DNA from: Octopus vulgaris
Lineage: Eukaryota
Direction: 5' to 3'
Length of the DNA: 64,000 bases
NCBI GenBank assembly: GCA_951406725.2
Contig: OX597816.1
Span: 84,878,001-84,942,000, forward strand
Program-made: the position numbers and the translations under genes
The notes under the pieces: generated by a model
Seen by the model: only the letters and a program-made list of their open reading frames with translations
The model's database searches: none
What the model was told of the DNA's origin: nothing
Shown here: positions 41,387 through 55,605 of the stretch, one piece after another
Layout of the letters: every line of letters begins with the position of its first letter
Numbering within the stretch: the stretch's first letter is position 1

Positions 41387-42089
41387 GCATGAGAGTAATA
41401 TGTACATTTTCACACCAAGAAGCAACCCAGCCATGTTCACTTTTAGAAAAACAGTTTCATTTTTAAAAAAATGCCACCCAAACTGATTACCCTTGCTTCT
41501 GATAAGTCGTCCAGCTATCAACTGATCATTAAAACAATGAGTATTCTCGAGTCAAAATGTCTTTGCATTCGCTAAATGATTAATTGTTCAATTATTTTCA
41601 TACACATGAATTCTATATTAAACCTTTTATATGAAGCACTATATATATGCAACTACATGTGATACAATGTTCAGCCTATTAAGCTTGAGGTTCAATTAGA
41701 TTTTCGTACGTGAAAATAGAACAATCCAAGAGCCAACAGCAACAATGATTTAAAGTGCACCGTACAAATGTAGGTACATACACATACATATAGTGAAGTA
41801 TAGATCATGTACACAGTTACACGGAAGAACACATACATGCGCATACACTCACATGCAAATTCTGACTTACCCTACTAATATACGCCTGAATTATACTGTG
41901 AGTTGAGATTCGATAATGAACGGAAATTCTCGCATGCCATTCCACGCATACATGTGTAAAATAAACATATGGAGATTCATTTCACATGTACATAGGCAAA
42001 GCATAAAGTCCTCCAATCAAACATATATAAATTAATATAAATGTAAATTTATACGCAGGACATCTCCCTCATACTTTACCTATTTCCAT

Positions 42090-42200
42090 GTGTGTACAAG
42101 CACAAATACATACATATATGTATACATAACTAAATACATTCGCATACGCACACACGCCACACACACACATATGGAAAGTCAGGTATGTGTATACATATGC

Positions 42201-42236
<36 letters not shown>

Positions 42237-42291
42237 TTAATATATATATGTATATATATATATAAGTATCGCTATATATATGCATACACAA

Positions 42292-42329
<38 letters not shown>

Positions 42330-42400
42330 TTAAGTAACATCTATATATATATATATATATATATATGCTACGTATTATCGCTATATATATGCATACACAA

Positions 42401-42469
<69 letters not shown>

Positions 42470-42610
42470 TATACATATGTATATATATGTATACATGTGT
42501 AAATATGTATACCTATCAGCACGCGCATACACAAACACACACACACACAGACACTGACACACACGCATACATGCGTAGTATGCGTGAATATATGTATGTG
42601 TGTCTGAGAG
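42090..42610. repeat. (TA)n/(CA)n field with a 109-bp-period duplication
   Basis: ATCGCTATATATATGCATACACAAACACACAC at 42268 and 42377. Confidence 0.9.
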
Positions 42611-43117
42611 TATGCATCGAAAACATTAAAATGAAGATTAAAACTTGAAATGAGAAACGGGGAAAAAAACTAGAACAAGTATAACGAAAGCAGTAAAAGA
42701 ATGTACAATAAAGTAAAGAATAAAAAGAATATAATGAAAAAAAAAATACGAAGAAAAGAAAAAGAAAAGGGGGAAAAACGGATTTAATTGAGAATTCTAT
42801 TCAAGAATAGTTTTGGAGATAAACATTCTTAATTTCTTTGCTTTTAGAAGTTTATAAATGTCGATTGCTGCTGTCTGCTGGTGTCCTTTGTGTTAAGGTC
42901 TTAAAAACACAGACAAAAAGACCAAAAGACAAAGAAACAAAGAGAGAACCTTTATGATGGCTATTCAACTCGGAATTGTCAAAAAAGAAATATAAATCAT
43001 AAAGTATAAAACAAAGAGAAAAAAAGAAAGAAAAAAAACAACTAAAAATGAATAAATACGTATAATATTGATAGATAGCTTACCAGCAGATGTGAAAGGA
43101 ATCAAGATAATACTTGC

Positions 43118-43123
43118 AATAAC

Positions 43124-43188
<65 letters not shown>

Positions 43189-43250
43189 CAATTGTTAAGA
43201 TGATTGTGAATATGGCGACGGCGATGATGATGATGATGATGATGATGATG

Positions 43251-43327
<77 letters not shown>

Positions 43328-43345
43328 GACAATAATAATAATAGT
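43118..43345. repeat. (AAT)n/(GAT)n microsatellites
   Basis: Directly visible. Confidence 0.95.
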
Positions 43346-43754
43346 AAATGATGGACATTACTTTATAAATCAACAAATACAACTACGAAAATCTATGAAA
43401 GGAATCATATTTCGCATAGAAATTCCAAATGATGAAGAAAGCTAAGAATAGTAAAAATATAATCAAACAAAACAAATCATTGGAAAGAGAATAAGAATGA
43501 AAAGAATGTAATTCGAAAATAGAAGAAAAAGAAACGAGGAAAATCATAAAAGAAGAAAGAAAGAGGAGTAGAAAGATAAGAAGGTATGAGGATGAGGAGG
43601 GAGACCAGGAGAAATAAGAGTTAGAAAAGACAAGATAAAGGGTCCAACCCCAAACCAATTTAGTTGCCAACTACACTCTTATGTGTGAAGCAAAAGTTAG
43701 TACAGGCGTACACATAGTATGTATATAGATGCTCTCTCCATCTCTCACTCTCTG

Positions 43755-43814
43755 CATGTGTGCATATATGTATGTGTACATATATATACATATATATATA
43801 TACATATGTACATG

Positions 43815-43877
<63 letters not shown>

Positions 43878-44200
43878 CATCATGCATACATATACAGACA
43901 AACACGCACAGGCACAAACACACATATATAGATGCGTACGCATACATATATATTTATGGTTGTATGTATACATGTTTCTGTATTCGTGTATACATATCCA
44001 CCTTCATATATACACATATACATATGTAAGAATACATACATACATGTATACATATGAATATACATATAAATATTTATATATATGTATATATATATAATAA
44101 TATAATATAATATAATATATATATATATGTATACATACATATATATATGCATACATATGTATACACACACTTGTATATAGATTCATACATATATGCATTA
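43755..44200. repeat. Degenerate (TA)n/(TACA)n field
   Basis: Directly visible. Confidence 0.9.
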
Positions 44201-45258
44201 TAAAGTTTCTGATTAGGTGACACAAACACAGACATTTTCAGCAGTTCAAGCGGAGGTTGGTAATATCAAATCACCAACATTGGTTGGTACTGTTCTCCTT
44301 TCATGTTGATACACTTATCTAATTACACGGTCAAATGGTCATTTATATTTTTCAGTTTTTTTTTATATAAATATATTGCATTGATGGGAGATTCTGAAAA
44401 AGGTCAGAGGCCCATATGGCTTAAGAGATTATAGAGTACTATATATGTATGTATGAATATTCATAGGAGTATCTATATATGATTCTAAATATATGTATGT
44501 GTACGTATATATGTGTGTCTATATGTTTGTGTGTGTGCATGTGTATGTGTGTATAAGCGTGTGCATTATTCTTATTTATATGTGTAAATACAAATATACA
44601 CTCATATATGTATATGAATGCAGATATATATGCAGACGTATAAATACATGGGTATATAAATATATGTATATTGTACATTTATGTATGTATCTATGCCTAT
44701 ATGGATCGGTTGTCACACACGCACATAGCGGCATGCAAATATACGTGTATGTATAGTTGTATGCGTGTATCTACGCGAGTGATAACATTTTTTTTATTGG
44801 AAGATATATGTACATATGAATATTTATATATGTGTCAAAAATATATCTGTAGGAAGTTATTGTTGCTTACAAACTCTCACACACACTCACTCATACATAT
44901 ACATACCTAGACACATATTTATTTGCTTCTCGACATATGAATATGATGCAAATATCAAGTCTCCAAATACTTTCGTTTCTATTACTTTTTCCATACGATA
45001 TAAGTACTGCTCAGTGTAGTTCACAGTTTCTCCATTATATATACGAAGCCAAGTATATATTGGAGCACATGCCTGCAAAAACAGACGCTTATTGCACATA
45101 CTTAATACATTAGATACATTTATCTTAAATACATTTATCTATAAAGGCTCTCATAGATTTTGGTTTTTCCTTTCCTTTCCTGCCTTCCCCCTTTCTATAT
45201 ATTAACCTTACTCTCTTTTCATTTCTTACTTTCTCGTTCTCTTTATGCATATACACAC

Positions 45259-45578
45259 AAGGGTCCCAGATAACGGTGACAACTGAAGGAAGCCACCAAG
45301 GAAGCAGGCACCGCTGCTGAAACTAGATCAGGGTGGCTATGGTTGATATGAGACCGCAGGTGGAACACTTCAGTAGATGAAGACTAGTACAGTCTTCGTT
45401 GCCCCACTGAGTTGTAGCGTATAGGTTAAGGGCCAAAGCGCTTATGACCCTGAGATGCCTGTTGATGCCCACTATGGGAGGGTTTTCAGCATTGTGATGG
45501 ATTTACAAGAGCTGCAAAACCCCTGAGTAGCTCCTGCTGTCTCTTCGTGGGGATATGAATCTCTGATTTTTATTTAGC

Positions 45579-45579
<1 letters not shown>
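45259..45579 (+). mobile_element. 3' end of an RLE-type LINE (R2/Hero-like) followed by (TA)n
   Basis: Reads LKEATKEAGTAAETRSGWLWLI*DRRWNTS, resembling the AAE-x-x-S-x-WLW-x4-5-W C-terminus of Hero elements, then a 3' UTR. Confidence 0.65.
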
Positions 45580-45655
<76 letters not shown>

Positions 45656-45660
<5 letters not shown>

Positions 45661-46690
45661 TAACAGAATGAGATGAAAAAAAAAACAAGGATGTGAAAGT
45701 TTTCAGAACATTTATAAATAGGTCTTCCAGGTGTTTCCTGGATATTTTATGTATCCCTTCATCAGAGATGGTGCGAGAAAATGTTTAAGTAATGGTTGTT
45801 ATAGAGAAGATATGAAATACAGAGTGAAGTGGAGGAATGAAAATAGACGTGAGATATGTAAGGATATTGTATCTAGAGTTCCATTATTTAAGCAAAATGG
45901 TGTATGTGCAAGAGTTACGGAATGAGGTGTGGGAAATCCGGGCTACGTATATTTCATAGAAATTGGAACCCCAGAAGTAGTAAAATCCAAGTGAGGCGTA
46001 AACCGCCAGCTACTTTTCAGGCCAAGGATATCTTGATTAAATAGGCTACATTGTTGACTCAAATATTCCATCAAAATGTGTGGAGGACAACAGTGTGTGT
46101 GGCATATATAAATGAGGAGAGAAAGAAATAACAGAAGGGAAGAAAGAAAGAAGAGAAAGAAAAATAAATAAATAAATAAAATAAAATAAAATAAGCGAGA
46201 AAAGAGGAATTGGACGGGTCAATGTAGATAATATAGTATTTTTTAGCTTAATCTTAGAATTCAGTAGTGGGATTGGCATTTGAAGAGTAATTAGTGGAAT
46301 TGGCATTTGAAGAGTAATTGGAAAGAAGGTGGGGACATATTTTTGGCAGTCGGGAACTAAATAAGGTATGTATGAATAGAGCAAGGTAGAGGGGGGGGGG
46401 CGGTTGAGCACGGCTAGTGGTTTTTACGGTCAAAAGGCGTAAATTAGCACAAGAAAAAAAAGAAAAGAAAACTGAAGTGGTGAAAGTCTATGTAGGCGTT
46501 TGTATTTTTTCGTTTAAGGGTAAGAGGGGTAGGAGGGAGAAGAAATATAAAGAAAGAAATATATTTTAGGTAGTAAAATACGGATAGAAAATTGTAATTG
46601 GCGATTAAGGAATTAAAAAGGGAGAAAAATATTGTTGGTTTAATTCGTAGTGGTAGTGAGGGCGGATGAGTGAGAAATATAATAAGTTAT
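45656..46690 (-). mobile_element. Penelope-like terminal region with hammerhead-like core
   Basis: Begins at a (TA)n tract. Minus-strand CTGATGA-hairpin-GAAAC at 45765-45733, and C/T-rich minus strand like other PLE 3' regions here. Right boundary approximate. Confidence 0.55.
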
Positions 46691-49259
46691 ATAAGCATTA
46701 TACTCTCGCTAACCGTACCATACATGCCATCCCCAATAAAAGAAATCTTGAGGTTCTCTGTCAATCACAGGTTATTGAAATTCATAAGCTATGAAGAAGT
46801 GAGACGACATCAATCCTTTGTTTCTAAAGCAAAATGAACGTTCACATTTCATTCTCTGTCATCAGATCGTAAAAGATAACATGTTTTATTCGCATCAGAT
46901 CGTAAACATGTTTTTATTGGCTTCAGATGCTTCTTATAAAGGAGAAAAGGCTTCCACTTTGCCCTCTTTCTTACTAGTTGTCTCTGTCGAGGTACCAAGT
47001 TATAATATATTTTCCGATATCCAAAGTCTTCTACCGTGCGCAATAATCTACTGTGACCACGGTTCACTTGTGTACCAAGGTCATAGATTGTGATTCGTCT
47101 GTCTGCAAATCAATTCTCCTACTGGCGGTCAGTTCGTGTCACTGTTCACAGATGACGCTATCCCGCTGCATATTTTATCTCCAATGCTGCTTTCCTTTCC
47201 TCAAAGTTCGTTCATCTCTGTCTTTTGCCTTTGTCAATGATACAATTTCGGTATAAAAACTAGTAAAGTAAGAATAACATTAAGTAAATATGCAAATTGA
47301 ATAACATCTGTCAGTTAATGAGGCTTTCAAATTTTATTATACACAAATTTTGTGTATAATGCACATACTCGTACGCACAGTTAATATATAGTCGTGCATA
47401 TACAGATACTGATAAATATATTTAGTGGCATAACACACCAGGAGTCTCTAGCGAACACACTATACAATTTTTCTTCCTCCCTATTCTCTCTCTCTCTTTC
47501 TCCCTGTCTCCCTCTACAAAAATATAACCCGATATTTAGAAACACGCTGGGCTATATGCGAATTACAAAATGAAAATCTCACTGTATCAGCTATCAGCCA
47601 ATCTATCGCACTAACCTCCAGTATCTCAACAATCATGAACCGCTTGCAATATCTCTCCCACTTCAACGGTCACCAAATCAGCTGCAAAAGCTAGTTTTCT
47701 TTATCAGTCGCTAACCAACTATAAAACAAAATTACTATCCTTCGCGGAGTTATCAAAAGAATTCCGAAACATGTCTACGATATGCAAATATAAAATCACA
47801 AAAAATGTCACAGCTTTGTTTTGAATAAAAATAGTCACAAAACTTCGTCGGAAAAAGTCACAAGAAATAGCGTGTTTAGTGAAAATAATGATATAAAATT
47901 TCATTAAGAATATGTTGAGTCGCTCCTTAACTGTCAATACATGGTATGTACACAACATAATTGGTATAGTGAATATGAGAAAAATCCTTTCATTCAATGT
48001 CTTGAATTAATTAAATAAAAAATGAAATTAAGTTATAAAAAATTTCCTATGGCGTCTATGATATATTTCTGGTGATATGTTTTCCTAGATTAACGTCGAC
48101 TACAAACCAACAAGCGTGTTCTTTCTAGGTATCTTTACTTGTATTGTTCTAAGAACTCTTATCGCTTACACCTAGCAATTTGAATACCATTTCTGTCAAT
48201 AGCTGTTATTAGCAGATTATTCCAAATGTCTCACTGCTTAAATCCTGTACAATGTATTTTTCCAATCTTTTCTTTCGTTTCCGTGAAACGGGAAATAGTA
48301 GAATATTTTTCGGTGCACAACTTCTCTATAAGTTCAAACTTATAAGCAATATCTTAGTCATCGGAAGTACCAGCAAATATCATGGACACTGAACATTAAA
48401 GCTTATAGAAAGTGCATGGAGATACAACCATAAACTCTCTCAACATTGATTCGATAGCAAAACAGAATTTGATTTTTTTGACAATATAAGTATCTATTTC
48501 AGGAGACGCGGAAGATAATTCCGTACACATTTCTTCATTGTCAATCGCATTGCTCAAATGCCAAAGAGTTTTTGCTTTATAATATCTATCAATATTGGCA
48601 GTTAAATTTGAGCATATAATTCAAAGAAGATACGTTTATAGAAGATGTGAAGCAGTAGACTGATTCGATCAGTTGCTGCTTTATAAAGATAAATGCATGG
48701 CCAAGCTATTTGATAAAGAGAAGCAAATATAAATCTAAGTTCTTTTGAAATTATATTTTTAAGCAAGAAAATATAACGCAACGTAATTTTACTGATCTAA
48801 ATAGAAAGATTAAGATCTGCTTGCAGAAGGCTTTCAATGGTTTTCATTTTTTCTGGCTGAGAGGACGTTAACACTGTTTCCAGGATGAGTATTTAGAATG
48901 TTCAGCAAAACACTGTGCTAGCTAAACACTGTACTAGTATGGAATTGCCCGAGAATGCCGCATACACAAATTTATTCGTAGAGTGGGGGAAAAAAGCTAT
49001 GCATTTCAGTCCATCATATTTCCATTACATGACTCGGTAACAAAATGAAGATATGTTAAAAGGTACTTACATTAGATACCTCAGAGATGGATTGGTAGCA
49101 CGACAGTATGTTTCCGAAATGTGCTTCTTAGCCATTCGACCGTGTATAGGATCATGCATGCATAGTGCACATATTTATGCATACATTTGGTGCCCGGCCA
49201 TATACACTTATAATGATGTACATATAGTCGAGTCAGCTGTCAAAAATGAGTTATGTCTG

Positions 49260-49425
49260 TTATTCAAAGGACCAGTCATATCACGTTCTGTGACATGTTG
49301 AATTTCCCTGAGAACAACGTTAACGCTACGCGTGTTTGTGAAGTGCTCAGACTGTACATTAATTCCACGAGCCCGCTGATCGGATAAACTGGAATACTCG
49401 TCGTGGAAACAGACGGAATGCCAAT
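49260..49425 (+). mobile_element. Decayed 3' half of SINE family 2
   Basis: TTCAAAGG...GAGAACAACGTTAA...GTGCTCAG...GATCGGAT...GACGGAATGC aligns with 25800-25970. Confidence 0.85.
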
Positions 49426-49757
49426 TATAAATATGTTAAAACATGTGCCTGATAGTTTTCTGGAAAGGTTGAGTGAGACTATGTGTCTGTGTTTATAGAT
49501 TGATTTTTCGCTATAGTCAGAAATATGTCTGGATATAGTCTTTTAACATGACATCAATTGTGGTTACATTCAAAGACCAACTTGCAACCTATCATTCAAT
49601 ATTTCTGTATATTACTTATAATGATAACTGCTACATCTGACACACACATACATGTATGTATACATATGTGTGTATAAGATTTGTATGTGTAGGTGTGAAT
49701 AGATGCAAATCCTCATATAAATGTGTGCGTGTATGTGTATATGTGTGTGCGTGCGAC

Positions 49758-49796
<39 letters not shown>

Positions 49797-50140
49797 GTGT
49801 ATGTATAAGTATATATGTATTCGAAACTTTTATAAAGAAAGGGTTGACAGTCACTTCAAAGTTTTAGATTGCTTTATTTGTTTGTTTTTGGTCTTGCTCT
49901 TCGGCAAATCGTGTTTTTGTGTGGGGAGCTATTTGAAGTATAATTAGATGTAGTCTTGCCAGGCTGGGGAAGTGGTTGTAGAGGAAGAGGTGATAGAGGG
50001 GGTTGAAAGGAAAGCATGGTTTCGTAGGGTGTAAGTTAATAGAAAGTCGTGGCAAGCAAAGTTATTTAGAATGAGCTCCTGACCGAGCTTATGTGTGTAT
50101 ACATGTGTAGAATTGTGTATATGTACAACCATATGTGTAT

Positions 50141-50520
<380 letters not shown>

Positions 50521-50569
50521 ATACACAACAAATATGTGTAGATGTATTCACAATATTTATGTAAGTTCA

Positions 50570-50636
<67 letters not shown>

Positions 50637-50989
50637 TATAATACATACGTACACACACACGCACACAAACACACATACATACGCGTATACATTTCCTCAC
50701 AGGTAGATATACCTATGGAAAATATGCATCATCCTTATGCATTTATCGGCTGCACAGATAACGATATTCAGTTGCCTGATAGCATTGTCTACAATGAGAT
50801 ATCAATAAAATTGGCCAGACCCAAATTAGAGGTTAAAAATGTAAAAATTATTTATAGTGACAGTTTCCTAAATTTCAACAGTCCCAAAACATTTTCAAAT
50901 TTCTTAAGAAAGATTTAATATCACCAATATCAATTCAATCTCCAAATGAACAATGGGAACTGTAATCAACAGTGAATATTGGATATGTA

Positions 50990-51558
50990 TTGGGCTGTCC
51001 GGAAAATTTGTGCCGATTTTTAAAGGAAAGAAAAAGGTCTATAAATACTTCCCATCACATTTTTAATCAACCAGATATGAACCATTTTGTTGCACAATGC
51101 GTCTTCATCTTACCTTTAACTTGAAAATCCTTTCTTCCCAGAATTGAGGTGGTTTCATGGCAAAGCATCCATCAAGGTATCTTCTTACATCATCCAAGGA
51201 ATTGAAATTTTTACCATTAACACTATTCTGCAGAGACCTGAATAAGTGGAAATCCGAAGGAGCAATATCTGGTGAATATGGCGTGTGAGGTAACACATCC
51301 CAGCCGAGCTGCAGCTATTTTTGCCTAGTTCCCAAAGCATCAAGTACCGAAAATGAACTTTCTTTTCTTCCATTTGTCCGGAAAGTTCGTGCCGATTTAT
51401 AGTAGCTTACCTTTCGACTTATTTTAGAACATGGTTGAGTTCATAAAATAGGATTTGACTACAACTCCATTTAGAGCACAATTTAAGCTATCTTTTCGTG
51501 GAAGAAGGTTTATGTGTTAATTCTGTAACCCTTTGAAATTGAAGATAAGAAAGTTCAT
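50990..51558 (-). mobile_element. Internally deleted and partly inverted copy of the 4641-5916 mariner family
   Basis: Right TIR and C-terminus on the minus strand (50990-51373), fused to the N-terminal codons. The left TIR and 5' UTR then follow on the plus strand (51374-51558). Confidence 0.93.
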
Positions 51559-52113
51559 CAACACAATTCAACTTTCTATAGAAAAATGTCATGACCTGAA
51601 ATTGATACATCTATTTATAACTCTAAATCCTCGTCTAACTGAAACCCAAGCCATACTCTGCAAACATATACTTTCCTGCTATCATCCTGTCTTCACTTCC
51701 TATAGAATCACGATCTATATACAGCTAACATAATAAGCATTCAATAGCTCAAACTGTAACCCCACCTCACAAAAGCAGAGTTGTCGAAGATTATGTAAAA
51801 CGAAAAAGAAGCCAAGTGAATCACAGTCTGATGAAGATCAGTAAACCGAAACTTTGTAGTCACTCTCTATTTTTTTTTTTTTGCAAAAGTGAATAAATAT
51901 TTACTGACGGTATTTAGTAATACTACAGTTTAATATTAAGTTATTTCTATATAGAATTCCACATAAAAACACATACAAGACATATACCTACACATACATT
52001 GCATATGTATATGTAAGTAGGCATAGTTGGGAGTCTCATTTATCTAAATATTATCAATATATCTGTACAATGTATGCACATATATACTCAAACATACTCA
52101 TATAAACATATAT

Positions 52114-52156
<43 letters not shown>

Positions 52157-52162
<6 letters not shown>

Positions 52163-53050
52163 GAGGTGAATATATTGTCGTCTATATAACGCAAAAAGGA
52201 AAATAACAGTCATCTCATTTTAGCAGATATATTTACAAAGATTACATGAAAATATTTTGGAATACTAAAGAGTAAATTTATTCAATACAATCGCCATTCG
52301 TTTTAACCAAACCTCCAGACGACTTCGGAATCTGCTGCAACTTTTTACGGCGGTCGCCCCGTTTAAGATGGTGAATGCTACCATAATCTTTGCTTTCAGT
52401 TCATCTTTGGTGTTACACGGAGCTTTGTTGGTCTCTCACTCAACTGCGCCCCACCCCTCCACACACATAGTAACCAAATGAGTTGCAGTCCGGGGAGTTA
52501 GGTGGCCAGATGTTAAGGCTGATATGGTCGCAGAAATTTTCTGATGTGCATGGCAGAGTTCACCTGCTTGTGTGGCTAGGAGCAGAATCCTATTGCAGGC
52601 ATAGGGTTATCCAGCAGCCACCCTCTTGAGCCAGGGCAGCACAACCTCCTCCAGGTACTTGATGAAGGCATCCGCGTTGAATCTGCGACTGTGTGGGAAG
52701 ATGAATGGAGGCATAACGTAGCGATCACTAGTGATCACTCCAAACCCTTTTATGTGGGCTGATGTTTATTTTTTATCACTTTTACCCATAAGTCATCAGA
52801 TTGCACTGTTCTCAGATTGACACTCAGACACAGAAATATTCATATTGGAGCTTCCAGCCCGAATGCCAAGCAGTGGAGCCTGTCGTTTCCAAATTTCTAG
52901 TAGAATGAATTGCCTCATGGTGGTGTTCTTCTCACTGACGGTGCCCAACTGACTCTACTATATCGTGTAAGTCTACAAAATGAAAAACAAGCAATGGGCA
53001 TATCCGAAATTAAAAATATAAAATGGTGACAATTTACCAATCGGACGCAG
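52157..53050 (-). mobile_element. Internally deleted maT/DD37D-like transposon
   Basis: Minus strand QDSAPSHTS, WPPNSPDCN..YYVW and CSRFRSRLEV...NGDCIE*. ATG at 52918. Degenerate termini (..AATTGTCACC / ..TATTGTCGTC) flanked by TA. Confidence 0.85.
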
Positions 53051-53122
53051 TATATACACAAAGAGATAGATATATAAATAGATAGAGAGATACATTTATG
53101 TAAATGTATGTATGTATATATA

Positions 53123-53182
<60 letters not shown>

Positions 53183-53526
53183 CTCACGCACACACTCACA
53201 CATTTACAGGCTTTCAATTATTCGTGTTGAGTTAGTCTACCTATATTACGTTATATTGCTTGAAACAACCTAATACTGAGCTAAATTTATCGTCAATGAT
53301 ACATCCAAGATGAATATTGGAGAATAATCATCTATAATATATACTCCTGCCTGTAACTGTGGTCCTTTGGAAATCTATCTGTACTGCTAGATAACCGTAA
53401 AAAAATATATGCATTCTCTTTCATCGCTTTCCATTCAGAAGGGAACATCGCCAGTCATAAAATTTACTTGACTCATAAATAATATCGATAATACCAGTGT
53501 ACGTATCTTTGACCTAGTACCCACAG

Positions 53527-53674
53527 TGAGATGCTTACTTCCCAACCATATAGTTCCAGATTCAATTCCACAACGTGGCACTCTGGAGAAGTGTCTTCAA
53601 CTATAGCTCCGAGCCGACCATGGCCTGACAAGTCACTGCTTGGCAGAAACTAAAACAAGGCCGTTGTATATATA

Positions 53675-53717
<43 letters not shown>

Positions 53718-53915
53718 GTTTTGTGTGTACCACAATCGCTTGTCAACCGACGTTGATGTGATTACATCCTCGACCTATCGGTTAGGCAAAAATGATCGAT
53801 TGAGTAGTAGGCTGCAAACAAATAAGTCCATGAGTCGATTTGTTCGGTCCAAACACTTCATGGTGGTGTGTCCCAGCATGGCTGCACTCATATAAGTGAA
53901 ACAAATAAAAGGTAA
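53527..53915 (+). mobile_element. Diverged SINE family 1 with expanded internal (TG)n
   Basis: CCAACCATATAGTTCCAGATTCAATTCC...GGCACTCTGGAGAAGTGTCTTC...CCAGCATGGCTGCA. Confidence 0.85.
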
Positions 53916-54120
53916 ATGATGTGTGTGTGTGCGCACGCGTGCGTGCGTGCGTGCGTACGTGCGTGTCTGTGTACACATATATATGTAACTGTTGATAAGA
54001 ATGAAACTGCCCTTTATGTTAGAAGGTCGGATGAAGCTATAGGGTGATAACCAATCATTGGAACTGCCAGCACAATAGCTGTAAGATAATGATGTTCGTG
54101 ACATAATTCCTTTTACCGTT

Positions 54121-54123
<3 letters not shown>

Positions 54124-54193
<70 letters not shown>

Positions 54194-54532
54194 CGAGTGA
54201 GAGAGAGAGAGAGAGAAAGCATTTGTAGCAAAATAGCATAGAATATATAGGAAATGAATTCAGGTGTTTGAGGAGGAAGAAGCCCTTCCCAGAATTAGAG
54301 TTAAATGATTTTATCTACATATATGTGTATAAGGGTACGTACATGAAGAACCCCTAGGAAAAGAAGTAAAAAGGACGTAAAAGGGACACGTAAAAATATG
54401 CCTCAGGAACAGATACAGATCGAAAAAGGCAGGATCCAAAACGATTTGAGAAAAAGGAGAAAAAAGAACAAAAAGAGAATGTGAAACAGAAAAGTATTTA
54501 TGGCGATTAATAAAGGCTTTCCTACATAAAGA

Positions 54533-54577
<45 letters not shown>

Positions 54578-54582
54578 CATAC

Positions 54583-54614
<32 letters not shown>

Positions 54615-54700
54615 GTGTGTATGCATATATACATGTCTGTATGTATGTAAGTATGTGTGTATGTGTGTGTGTGTGTATGCTATATATGCATATGAAAAAG
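54124..54700. repeat. (TA)n/(TG)n/(GA)n microsatellites
   Basis: Directly visible, two clusters. Confidence 0.85.
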
Positions 54701-55370
54701 AACACAACAGGATTTCGCATTGATCAACTCCATATATTTGCAATGTATTTACAGCTTATAGGAAGATAACAGCATATTGCTGAAATGAGGACTGCTGGCC
54801 ATATGTACATTTCTACACAAATATCTAGACATCAAACACACTGTAAATACATAAATATAATCGCACACACGAAACAATACATCTGACACATGCTCCGTGT
54901 TTTGAATTATAACTAAATATATCGTTTAAATACAATAGTGAATCTAAAACATTCTAAATGATAAGGAATTTCAAGCTGTGAATAATTTCAAATTCAATCA
55001 CGACTAATATTTTTCAAACTTTCAAAGAACATTAGTATTTATTTAAATTTATAACAGTAAATGTGTTGCATTGTCGTGGCTGAAATTTTATGGCACCGTC
55101 ACACAATTCTCGAATATATCCTTTGTGTAACAAAAAGTTGCATTATGCATAAGTAGAATCTAATTCTAAAAGTGACGGTTTTACATAGACTGGAATATCC
55201 ACGTTGCATCAACTTGGTGAGTTGCAGACACTTAACGAACGCACCAAAAGTATTGTCAAGCATAAATGGACTTGTGTAAATGAAATATACGAATCAGGCT
55301 AGAAATTTTGTTTTCAACAAAAGCGCAAATATAAATATACAAAATAGTAAAAACAAGCTGTAATATTATA

Positions 55371-55605
55371 TATTTCTTTATTGCCCACAAGGGGCTAAAC
55401 ATGGAGGAGACAAACAAGGACAGACAAACGTATTAAGTCGATTACATCGACCCCAGTGCGAAACTGGTACTTTAATTATCGACCCCGAAAGTATGAAAGG
55501 CAAAGTGGACCTCGGCGGAATTTGAACTCAGAACATAGCGGCAGACGAAATACGGCTACGCATTTCGCCCGACGTGCTAACGTTTCTGCCAGCTCGACGC
55601 CTTAT
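55371..55605 (-). mobile_element. SINE family 3 monomer, tail A type
   Basis: Head, core and tail CCCCTTGTGGGCAATAAAGAAATA. 14-bp TSD GCTGTAATATTATA (55357-55370, 55606-55619). Confidence 0.95.

Noticed and set aside
46700-47260. Possible DNA-transposase remnant (Cys-rich, MULE or piggyBac-like) on the minus strand
   Set aside because: Only scattered residues could be read, and no TIR or catalytic motif could be established by eye.
48000-49050. Possible hAT-Charlie C-terminal remnant (LCTEKYSTI) on the minus strand
   Set aside because: The similarity is too weak to support without a profile search.
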